A stretch of DNA of 62,529 nt, filler included, from Moniliella sp. 'wahieum' (Eukaryota): the NCBI GenBank assembly GCA_003971905.1. It is 4 parts of 4 records of this genome, joined end to end, with 100 filler letters (N's around TTAATTAATTAA, not from the genome) between each part and the next. Parts side by side here need not be neighbours in the genome. Positions count along the whole stretch, not along the records: positions 16,474 to 34,218 come from RSEE01000207.1; positions 34,319 to 49,834 come from RSEE01000208.1; 2 more parts are not named here. One strand, 5' to 3'. Shown piece by piece: positions 25,101 to 36,058 of this stretch. Numbering within the stretch: position 1 is the first letter of the stretch; each line of letters opens with the position of its first letter. Both the position numbers and the translations under genes were made by a program. The notes beneath the pieces were generated by a model that saw only the letters and a list, made by a program, of their open reading frames with translations, made no database searches and was not told where the DNA came from.

Positions 25101-26560
25101 TCTTCGGCATGCATCGCCTCGTACGCCGTGTCCGACGGGTTGGGAGGAACATAAGGGTCGTACTCACGCAACAAGAGGCTAGCGACCGTGCTCTTTCCTG
25201 AACCCGAGGGCCCGACCAGCGCAGTAACCCGACCTCCGGGCACGTGCAGCGTCACATCCTTGAGCGACGCCACGTTCGGTCGGGAAGGGTAAGCAAACGT
25301 TACCTCCTGCAAGTCCACGGAGGGGCCGAAACGAACGCGAGTATTGGATGAGTTGTCCGCTTCAGACGCGGATTCGGTACCAAGGAGCTCGGGTTTAGAG
25401 GGCTGCAGACCCGACGGGTCGCGCACATCAATGTATGGTACGCGTTCGATCGAGTTGCGCAAAACTTGCAGCGAAGCATGAGCATCCATGAGGGTAGGAA
25501 TGTGAGGCGCCACGTTGGCCAGGGCGAACAGGGAGTTGAATGAGTTCCAAAAACTGGTCAGGGCCGAACCGACGCTCTTGCCGTCCTGGACGATGACCCC
25601 GGCATAGTACATGCTCAAAGAGTAGACGATAAAGATGATAAAGTAGACGATCGACACCTCGCAGCTCTTGATGAACGCACGCCCGATGCCAAGCCGGGCA
25701 AGACGACGAAGGAGGTCGTCGTTAAGCTTTCTAAGCAGGGGGCCGTTCATGCCAAACGACTGGATGATTCGGACGGAAGAGATGGCTTGTTCAACCAGGT
25801 TGCCTGTCAGGCCTTCGAGACGCAGCGCGGGTGCCGACACCTTTTCTGCAAAGTAACCAGTCACGCCAAATGCAAGGAGCAGAAAAGGAATCAGGCTAAA
25901 CAAGACGCCAGCCATGCGATCGGAATTGCAAAAGGAAGAGATGAGTGCGGCAATGAGGGTGGCACAGGCCCAGATCAAATACGCCACCTTCTCGCCCCAT
26001 CCAACACGGATGAGATTGGTGTCTTTGCCGGCTCGGGTGGCGATCTCACCTGGGCCATGAACGTCAAAGTAGGTGGCATCCTGGCTTAGTATACTGGCCA
26101 CGTATGCATGTTGGAGGCGCATGCTCATCAGGTGACTGGCGGCGCTGAAGCAAGTGAGGAAGATCCATGTGAGGAAGGCCTGAACGAGGCCGACAATGCT
26201 AATGAGGCCAGCGGCAAGACGCGAGGAGGACATCATGGAATGTGGGGTGGCACTGGCTGAGGTGAGACCATTGGTCCACTTGAGGCCGTAGACGAGATCG
26301 ATGGAGATCTGGCCGCCGCCCGAAATGAAAGCGGCGGCAAAGCCGGTAGCATAGAGCAAATAAGGAAGATAGTCACGGAAGGTGCGGCGGTCGCGAGGGC
26401 TTCCAGGGGCACGGGTGAAAGAAAGGAGGTAGAGGAAGGTGGGCAGGGTGCTGTGATGCACCTGCAACTCGGCCGCGCCCTCATTGCGTGCTTCGTCCCG
26501 AGCAAGCGCAGAGGGCGAGACAGCGACGGCGGCGTCTGGGCTGGCTACGGCGGCGGCCAT
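22145..26560 (-). CDS. Full-length ABCB/MDR (P-glycoprotein-type) ABC transporter; introns and indels
   Basis: ATG at 26560 (MAAAVASP); [21 protein letters not shown]1 [50 protein letters not shown]2 [23 protein letters not shown]2 [32 protein letters not shown]; stop at 22145. Confidence 0.94.
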
Positions 26561-26824
26561 GGCCTTGGGCGGGGGGCGGGCGAGAGGAAAGGCAAGAGGG
26601 GGAGAAGAAGCGGAGGAGGGGCGGTGGTGGTGCGGAGGGAAGAGAAGAAGGAGGAGGTTGATGGTCAGGCGATAGAAATAAGAAGCAGCAGACGGGTAAA
26701 GTGTACTTGCACCCAGCACACGGCGAGTGGCAGCACAAGGGGATGATGTGATGGGTGGGACGCGTGACACGGTGCGTGTGCAAGTGCGCCACTCCGACAC
26801 TGTCGTCTCCTCGAGCAGCCACTA

Positions 26825-27690
26825 ACAACGAGCAGCTAGCAGTAAGTAACCAGGTAGTGAACAGGCAGCAGCGCCGCATCCTTCAAGCTGGAACTTCCAA
26901 GCCTCACCTTCGCCTTCATCCGGCCACCGCACCAACTCGTTCTTGGACCGTGCCAACTTGCCCATCTTATGTCCGAGGCCCCGGCCGACGACCTCGTGCT
27001 CCTGTTTGCCGGTGGGTGACCGGCCACGCATCAACCATGTGCACCATGCAGCAGCGTGCATCAACCAGAGTTTACCGTCACCGGTCACCTTCTTGGCACC
27101 AGCACAAAGCAGTATCTATCAGCTGGCAACTAGGAACTAGCCCACTAGCCGCACTCGAACAATACCAGCGGTTACAACTTTCAACGTGCAAGTTCACCGG
27201 CCAGCCCTTATTTTGGGGGGCGGGCACATCGTTGGCAGCCACGGTGCCGACCTTCCATTCACATCATGCTTCTACCCCCATGGCCACATGCGCATACGCC
27301 CCGAGGACAGCCTCTTCCATCGCCAGCGCCGCCAACATCGACGCCGTCTTTGAGGCAGAACCCACCTCCGATTCGGCTTGGGCACGACGAGGACAGAACC
27401 GAGCAAGATGAATTGACTTGCCGCACACATCGCATTGACGCTGGGATTTGCTACTGTGCGCCTATGGCTTCCTGCCGCGTCAGGGTTGCTTCACGCCGAC
27501 GGCAGGAACTGACTACCTCGAGATACTCACCGCGCAGGCCGTTCCACACTACCGTAAAATACAAAACATTGTCCGTGTCGTACTCTGTAGTCTTCAGCTG
27601 CCCAACGTAGGCATCAATGCGGTCGATGTACTCAGCGATCGACTCAACTGACTCCTTGCGGACTGACAACATACAGTACCGCAAAACTTC
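26825..27690 (-). mobile_element. Degenerate Ty1/Copia gag-protease relic
   Basis: Gag-like ESIAEYIDRIDAYVGQL...WNGLRGEY; decayed protease motif WLMHAAA..HM (cf. WxxDSGAxxHM) and LKDAALLP..LPGYLL (cf. LxDVLxVPxLxxNLLS). Confidence 0.6.
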
Positions 27691-29206
27691 TCATGCAGCT
27701 TGGCATAAACAATACGAGGAGACCACCGGGCCTACGGCCCGGTCAGCTGGGGCTTCGCCCCAGCTTGGTGCTGCGTCGCAGCCGCCACCGTAGCCACCGT
27801 TCCCCCGTCGCCAGCTTAGTCACCGTTCCCCCACGTGCCTATGACGTAAAAGATGCACGGCGGATCAATTTTGCGTATGACATAGAGATACGCGCTGGCT
27901 GGGGTGGCTGGGGTGGCTGGCTGCGCCCCGGTGGCTTACGCAATGCTGATGTAAAAGAGTGGTGCACACCCCGTTTGGGATTATAATAGGTTTAGACGTA
28001 GCGTTCCCCCTGTCCCAGCCTTAAGCTCTGTCAATGGAATGCACACAATATAGTCTAGAGATGAGGGGGGAAAGGGGTGGCAGGCCCCTAGCGGGTCATT
28101 TCGTCTTTCTCTCATTAGTTACACTTCATTTCAGTGCGTCTTCCTTTGATTTTCGTTGGTATAACAACCAACAGCTGGAGGAGGATGAATGGAGGATGTC
28201 ATTCTGAAGAGAGGTAATGTGATGCTATGAGAAGCGTTGCGTTTATACAGCAGAGGGTACTGGAGAGCAGAGGGGGCGCGCGGGCGAATAGAGAGGGAAT
28301 ATTTATGACGCAGCACGACATTATAGGGGCATGGCGCACCACCACAACCAGATGCGGCCGAGGCGATAAGGAAGGGGTATGGCAGAGGTGCGTGGTCGAG
28401 CAGCCCCGCCAGCCTTGTGTCTAGAAGAGGTGTGGACTTAGGATGAAGACCGTCGAGATGGTCAACATTTCTTCGGGTTCCTCCTTGCTGAGGGAGGCCA
28501 TCTCAGAAGGCATCAGGCGGTGGGAAGAGAGTGAGGAGATGATCTGGTGGTCGAGGCGTAACCGAGCGTTGCTGGCCCAAGACGGTTGTTTGCCTGTATG
28601 TGTTGGGGGGAAGGTGGCAACACGACGACGCGTATAAAAGCCAATTAGAGGGAATGTCCAGAGATACATTGTTGCTCTTCCGTCTGGACCATGGGCTCGC
28701 CGGTGAGGATGGTTGGGTGGGAAGGTGTGGTCCTGGTAGACGTAGAAGAAGACGAGGCACCCCCACCATGCGGGCGGACAGACCCACCATGCCAAGACAG
28801 GAGTTGATAGGAGGGGGGGCGCATATAGGGGTGATGCTCCGGTCAAGGTGCAAGGCCATAATCGTGTTGTTGAAAGAACCGGTAGGAGGGCCGGCCAGTG
28901 GGACGCGGGCAGGAGATGAGGCATCGTCAATGAGACGGGAAGACGATGGGCGGCCGTGGGGGGAGGGCACCACGCCCTATTAGCGGCGGGTGAGGGTCTC
29001 GGCAGGGACGGCTTCAACGCCGACGAAGGCGCGGCTGTGATGGAGGCGGCGAGGAGGAAAGAGAGGACGAGTGGATGCGTCACATGTGGGTGGGTGTGAT
29101 GCATGTGATTGATGCATGATAGGCACGCACCAGTAGGGTTGCTGTTGATAACAGGAACGGCGACAGCAACCCTAGTGGGCGATGCTCGTTGACCACCAAC
29201 ACCACC

Positions 29207-32200
29207 ACCAACACCACCAACACACCACCACCAGCAAGTGCTGGATGAATGCGCGCGGCGATGCTGCCCACGCGCGGCCCACCGACGCCTCTGCGCCCGC
29301 CTGGGACCGCCTCGATGCGCTTGCCCGCCACCGCCACCGTCTCCTTCGCCACCTCCACCGCCTCCCGCTGCCCTCCCAGCGCGCCTCGGCCCCTCTCCCG
29401 CCCATCCCCCCTCCGCTCGCCCCGCCGCCTTCTCCCGCCTCCACCTCCTCCTCCCCTCCCTCCTCTCCTCCCTCCTCCCCTCCCTCCTCCCCTCCCTCCT
29501 CTCCTTCATCCACCCCTTCTTCGTCCCCTTTCCATTCCTCTTTGGCCTCGCCTTCTATGCCCCCCGCTGCGCTCGTCGCGCATCCGGCCTTGGAGGAGGA
29601 GGACGAGGAGGACGAGGAAGAGGTCCCGTCCGACTGGGACGACGACGACCAACGCATCCCCACCCACATTGAGGTTGAGCCTCCGTCGTCGCTGCGCTCG
29701 GCCGGGTCGGAAAGCGCGTCTGTGGGCAGCCGAGATGCGTCCTTGCTCCATACCCTCCGCTCCCACACCCCGCACTTGCCAGAGCTTCTGCGCAGCAGCG
29801 ACCCGTCTCTCCTCGCCATCGTCCGCATCGTCACCATCACCATCGTCACCATCGTCGTCACTACCACCACTACCACCCTCATCGTCACCACCATCGGCAC
29901 CACCGCTCCCAGTGGCAGGACGTGGACGCGGACGAGGACAAGAAGGGGAAGAAGAGTATGAAGAAGAATGGCCAGAAGAGGAAGAGTACCCCCGTCCCGC
30001 CGTGACCGCCTCGGGAGCAAGTCAGCTCGCTGGTCGTCACGCCGCCCACCGATGGCAGCACATCTCTGTCGACCGACGCAATCGCAAAGCGTTTGCACGC
30101 TACTCCCCTCTCCCAATCCCAATCCCAATCTCAATCCCAACCTCAATCTCAATTCCACTTTTAGCCCGACGCTGACTCCATTCGAGTCCTCGTCGTCCTC
30201 CCTCTCCACGCCGCCCCCCCATTCCTTCCACCGCCCTCGGTGGCTGGGTCCAGCGCCACGACCCCACCTCCCTCAGTACCAGGAGCCCCGCACCACCACC
30301 CCTGGCTCCATCCGCAGCGGCCGCCGCGCCGTCGCAGCCAAAGCAGCTGTGCACAACCATCTCGTCCGACCGCACGCCCACCACCCCGATTCGCTCCGGT
30401 CGCCTCACCTTCGCCCTCGGAGGTGGTGGGGGCAGATGGGGGAGGTAGGGAGGAAGGGTCGCAAGGTGCGGCTCCTGTCTCTCGTCCGTCTCGCACCAAC
30501 ACCCCTGTTGCCCTGGCGGCCGGGCACCTGGCTCCCCCTCCTTCCCATTCTCCCCATCCTCACCTTTCTCTCCTTTCTCCCCTTACGCCATTGACGACAT
30601 CACGTCCCACCTCACCCTTTCCCATGGACACATTCCCCAGCCACGCCCGACGCGCGCTCCTTCGCCTCCACCGCCTCGACAGCCGCCACGGCCGCCACAT
30701 CACCAAATGCACCGCACCCACACGACTTGCGCGATCCCCCCGACCCCTCCGGCGCACACGAGGCAGCTGAGGACCCCACTTTGGTAGGGGCGGTGTCATG
30801 GCGGCACCTGCCTACCGTGCTGGCGCGTACCAAGGAGCGTTGGGCGCATCAGCGTCTCGAGACGGAGGCCGAGCCTGACGATGCGGAGGCAGATGGGTTC
30901 GGGGACGATCCCCGGGATCAGGCGGGCGGGCAGGGAGACAAGATGTTTTCTCCGCATGCTGTGCGCCGACGTGCGGCGCGGGCTGGGGCGCGCGTCCGCG
31001 CCCGCGTACGTGGCAGTTTGAGTCTCCGCCCGTGGTGGGACGAGTAGTTCTGACTCGGGCTCGGCTCTGACTCGGACGGGGAAGGGTCTGGGTCAGGATC
31101 GGAGTCGGGATCGGAGTCGGGGTCGGGGTCGGGGCCGGGAACGGGATCGGCGTCGCAGTCGGAGACAGAGACGACGGGGTCCGAGTCAGAAGGGAGAAAG
31201 GGACGAGTATTAGCACCCCGACATTCTGGTGTTCTCCTCCTCCTCACCTTCTCCTTTACCTTCTCCTTTGCCGTTGCGTTTGCCCTTATCTACCGCCTCT
31301 TCGCCTTCCTCTGCCCTTTCTGCCACCCAAGGACGTGCCGAGCACACGCACAAGCAGAAGTACCCCGACGAACCAGGTACCGCAAACGGAGACGAAGAAG
31401 CCAAGGACGAGCATGATGGCCAAGAGCGGGAAGAGATGCCACAAGCGCTGCGCACCATGACGCTCAGCACATTTCCGCCCGAAGCGCCTGTGGGGACACA
31501 GGAGATGGAAGTGATGTGGGAACACCAACGCGGGGTGGTGCTGCTCAACGTGCCGCACATGGCTTCGCATGCGTTGATGGATGGTGATCCTGGGGCGTGG
31601 GTGTCGGGTCGAACGGGTCGGGCTATGTGCGTGACAGTGACCGAGGCCAATTTTCTTCCGCCACCAGGCGGGTTGGGGTGGGAATGGGCCTGGCCCGCCT
31701 GGGCCATTGATATGCGAAGAGAAACGGACGATGCCGGGTGGCAGTACGCGAGTGATTTTGGTCAAAAGTATACCGCGCTTTGCGCAAGTTGGCCACTCTC
31801 CTCCCGCGTGGCCCACCGTCTGCGGTCCCTCCTCCTCCCCCTCATCGCCCGCCTCGTCAGCGACGGTTCCGCAAGGACACCAAGCACAAGGCAATCAAGA
31901 TGAAGAAAGTGGTGAGGGGGAAGAAGGAGACGAAGCAGCAGCAGAAGAAGAAGACGACGATGATGAAGAAGAGTAGAGGGGTGTCGTCATCGATCCACGC
32001 TATCGCCTCTGTCTCTGCCGCGCAAGACTCACCTGGCCTCTCGCCAGTCTCACGCGGGACGTGGGTATGGCGCGGTACGTGATGGCGCGGCTGCTCAAGC
32101 CCGAGGAGCGGCATCAAGCGCACGTTGGACGCAAACAAGCCAACAAAGCGCACAAACGCCAAGTACGTCGGCAAACAAGCCGGATCGAGGGTGGGAATCT

Positions 32201-32346
32201 TATCGTCTTACGTACCATGGGCGCCTGGACACACAAGACCAAATGGTCCCTGTCCCTACCGTCTTGAGCTTTGTCCGCCGACGCAAATGGGTTCGCGCGT
32301 ACGGCACAAGGTCGCGCTCGATTCGGTCTTGGTCCCGTTGCTTTGA
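29207..32346 (+). CDS. Dysferlin-domain (Spo73/Mug65-like) protein with low-complexity N-terminus; boundaries uncertain
   Basis: EVMWEHQRG..DPGAW..WEWAWPAWAIDM..DDAGWQYA (31500-31760) and SFVRRRKWVR (~32265-32297) are DysF hallmarks. Confidence 0.7.
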
Positions 32347-32899
32347 ATGTGGGCGAGCAGGGCGGGAGGCGTGGGAGTGGGTGTGCGCCATGGAGGGCGA
32401 GGGATGGGGGTGGGCGTGGGCGTGGGCAAGGGCAAGAGCGAGAGCGAGGGCCGGGGTAGCGCCCTTTGGCGCGGTTCCGAGAAGGAAACAAACAAAAAAC
32501 AAGAGCAAGATGAAGAGCAAGATGTAGAGCAAGAATGTCAGAAGAAGAGGGGGACGGGTATAGTTTCCTTTCTCCTCCGATGTGGTGCGGCAAGGTGGAC
32601 GTGACGCGGTGGATAAGGAGGCGCGGCGACAGGTCCGCGCCCACCTCGCCACGTCCTGCCTTGCCTGTTGCTTCCCGAACGACAAGAGCGGCAACGACGG
32701 AAGCAGCGGCAGCGCCGTGAGTCGATGTGGGAACAGCGGCGGGCGTCGTCGATGGTCAACGAAGCGGCCGCCGCGACAGCCGGTGGAGGATGGTCGAGTG
32801 GAGTGTCAGAGGAATTGTCGAGTGGACTACCGGAAGAAGCGGCGAGTGCGTTTTGACGGTGCCCAACAACCCGTTTGGTGCCGTGGCCCCTGGTCGTCA

Positions 32900-33900
32900 G
32901 CGGGTCGTCCAGCCCGCCCTGTCGTTTGCGAAGCGAACTGCGCAGCTCGTCCAACACGCCGCGGCGATGTTGACGTCTTCTCCGTCTTCTCCTTCTCCGT
33001 CTTCTCCTCCCTGTCCTGCCATGGCCACCACCACCACCCTCCTCTCCTCTCCCCGGGGGTCAAACGTAGCGGCAGAGTGGACGTTGCTGCACCAGGCCCA
33101 CGTCGACCTCAACCGGCTCGCGTGCAGCACGTGTTGAAGCAATGTCTCGTCGATCGACAGCAGCTCGAGTTGTGGGAAAAACTGGATGGGTCTCGCGCCC
33201 TCTCGTTCGAAGCCCCGTTCCTCGCGGTCTCATTCCCACGTCCTCCCCTTGCTCGACGTGGAGTGGACCGACCGTTCGCCCGTGCGACCCCCTCGGCGCG
33301 CCGAGCGAGCGCAGGCGCGCATGCGCCCAACGCACACCCCGCGTGGCAGCTCCGCCGCCCCAACGCACAGGATGTCGCAGACGTGTTACTTGTCCATCTG
33401 CCCCACTTTCTCGAGTGCTTGGTCTTTGACCATTCGCGCACCCACTTGTTGCTCGCCGTCCAACGCTTTGCTCTCTATGCCCACGTCGCCTTCTGCCTTG
33501 GGCCCACGCCCGTCGTTGGCTACCCAGCAACTTGTTCCGCCAAGCAAACAGCTGCCGCGCCTCCTCCTTCGGCTGCTCCTCCTACTGCTACCCCTCCTGG
33601 TGTTGGCGATGGTGGTGGTGATGGTGGTGTGATGTGGTGGTGGTGGTGGTGGTGATGGCGATGGTGGTGGTGATGGTAGTGATGGGGAGAAGGACAAAGG
33701 GGCAGCGCAGCACGAAACGCACGCGACCTCAGCCTCGCTCCTTGCGAAACTTGGCCAGGTCGCCGGATCGGGCGCGTTGCAGTTTAGCAGTGATCGTCTC
33801 TTGGTCGATCCAGTTCTCCGGCAAGTATGCGAATCTCGGGGCGGGGCGTGCCTAGTGCTAGTGCCGCTGCTGCGACCCGCTCGTCGCTTCCAACACGCAG
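32900..33900 (-). CDS. Probable coding region of unknown function, frameshifted
   Basis: Protein-like segments across frames (EVACVSCCAAPL, GTSCWVAND, PIQFFPQLELLSIDETLLQHVL); family not identified. Confidence 0.25.
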
Positions 33901-34218
33901 CCCACCTCCACCACCACCGCCACCTCCGCCACAGCTACCTTCCCATCCACTGTCCCGTCCCCTGCTGCTTCTCCGCTGTTCCCCGCGCCCCCACTCTCCC
34001 AGCCCACCGGCCAATCGGGCGAAGCGTGCCCATCAGACCTGGGCTTCTTTCCCCACTTCTCTCCTGCCTCTCTGGTCCCTCGCCACGAATCGGGCTCCGG
34101 TGCTCCTCTTTCCCTCACCCCATCCCCAACGCCAATGTTAATGCCAAAGCATACGCATACGCATGAACATACGCATAAGCATACGCATGGGCATTCGCAT
34201 CCGCACGCCCATGCGCTC

Positions 34219-34318
34219 NNNNNNNNNNNNNNNNNNNNNNNNNNNNNNNNNNNNNNNNNNNNTTAATTAATTAANNNNNNNNNNNNNNNNNNNNNNNNNN
34301 NNNNNNNNNNNNNNNNNN
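34219..34318. other. Artificial contig linker
   Basis: N44-TTAATTAATTAA-N44. Confidence 0.98.
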
Positions 34319-34510
34319 ATTCGGCACCATGCTCTCCCCCCTCTCTCTTCGGAGAGAGGGGGCCTTTGCACTCCTGAAAGCCAACCTACAGAACCATATA
34401 CGACAAATTGGCAAAGAAAAAAGAGTGGAAAAGAAAGTGAATTTGCCGTTTGATCCCTCTCTCCGGCTTGTTGCCTCTCTATTACGGAGCCACCCTGTAA
34501 GGCTCCGACT

Positions 34511-34874
34511 TGTTAATATACTGACCTTCTTTCGACTGGAACATATGACCCCTGCAGATGCTTACTTGTGATTATACTGTGACTAAGGCAGGCCACCTGC
34601 AGTGGGCAGAGTGCCTTTCGGCCACGCGCCGGAGTAGTGTTCGATCCCCCCGGTAACGTCCGCACAGGATTTCTCCCATCCCCCCACAGTCCAATGCATG
34701 TCCCCTATTCCCTACCGCTACTACCATCCACCACCATAGAACCATGACCACACCGCATCCCGTCCGATCTGCCACGGTCACCACGGCATCACCCAGTCAG
34801 TATATATATATCGCGATGGAAGATGTGAGGTCCACGGATGAGGTCCACATGGGAATCCTCGATGCCGCCCTTCA
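34511..34874. mobile_element. LTR-like repeat, family B, copy 2
   Basis: Diverged reverse complement of 13149-13502; TG...CA ends. Confidence 0.7.
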
Positions 34875-35165
34875 TTCTGCACCCTCCTCTCCAGCTGCTC
34901 CCCGCGCCTCTCTTTATACCCACACACAGCCCCCTCTAGAACTCATTTTTCCATACAGTAAGAGGCCCCTTCCCACCGCCACCAACAGTGATGAGCAACA
35001 GCTGCCCCGCATGGTACCTCCCAACTTTGCACCCCAACCCTGCCAAACGATCGATCTCCCGCCGCCACCTTACGCCCAGTGGTCCTCTTACCTATTCCCT
35101 GTGAGATCTGAAGAGTCGTTAATAGTGTGGCGGCGCATATTCCTAACCTAGTGCCATAAGCACGT

Positions 35166-35374
35166 TGTTGCCACGTCACCCACCGGTGCCTTGCCTGATT
35201 CGTAGATGCGAAAGCTAGACCCTAGAGTTGCCGCGCGCAGGCCAGCTCTTCGCCACCACCTCTCCTTCCCCCTTCCCCTTCTTCTCGCTCACCTCGTTAC
35301 TTGATTAATACTCGCTGATCGTCTGTGGTTAGAGACTAGGTGTCTCCAGGTCAGAGCCTTCACGCGTCGCTACA
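35166..35374. mobile_element. Solo LTR, family A, copy 2
   Basis: Reverse complement of 5265-5511 lacking ~38 internal bp; TG...CA flanked by 4-bp direct repeat ACGT (35162-35165, 35375-35378). Confidence 0.85.
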
Positions 35375-35767
35375 ACGTGCACGTGCATTGTTGGCACATC
35401 ATGCATCAGCATCACATTTCGTCTGGCCTGCAACAGACGCTTGCTCCCTTTGCCCCTTCCACCGCCACCGCCACGTATGCCAAGTCATTGTTCCAGTCAG
35501 CACTTTCAGCATGTTCTTTGGGCCGGCTGAATGTGGCTGGGAGACCAATGCGGGGACATTTGAGGGTATCGTGGGTGTACAACCCGGGCTCGATTCGTTG
35601 TATCTCTCAATCCCCTCTCCTCGAAACAAGCGGGGTGGAAGATGACATGCTGAACGCCAGCTTACTCATCGGCTGAACGCATGGACTGCTTGGAGTAAGT
35701 CCTCATTACTGCACCGCTTGCTCTTCACTAATCACTGACTTTCTGATTTGAACACAGGCTGCGCCTT

Positions 35768-36058
35768 ATGGGATGCACCTGTCCCTATCTACTACGTGCG
35801 AAACCACAGCCTAGGGAACGGGCTAGGCATCTACGGCAGGGCAAGAACGGTTGTTTGACGATGATGCGCCCTCGACAATGCGAGAGGTGCTCCCGATTCG
35901 GGCATACGGCAGTGGTCTGCCAACAAGCGGAGACTGGGGGCACGAAGTGCGGCCTGTGCCGCATCCCCCGTCACCGACGTGACCAGTGCCAAGACTTGAT
36001 TGGTGCGTCGATCCGGTCGATTGCTAGCAAGAAAGGGGTACCCCTGAGCAGGGTCTAA
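35768..36058 (+). mobile_element. Non-LTR retrotransposon (LINE) ORF1 zinc-knuckle relic
   Basis: PRQCERCSRFGHTAVVC...CGLCRIPRHRRDQC: tandem CCHC knuckles with the PxQCxxCxxFGH signature of fungal LINE ORF1. Confidence 0.7.

Noticed and set aside
1..26560. Transporter or secondary-metabolite cluster linking the two ABC genes
   Set aside because: They lie on different contigs separated by a linker, and no biosynthetic gene is visible.
28421..29100. Minus-strand membrane-protein-like ORF
   Set aside because: Some hydrophobic segments, but no recognisable motif or consistent frame.
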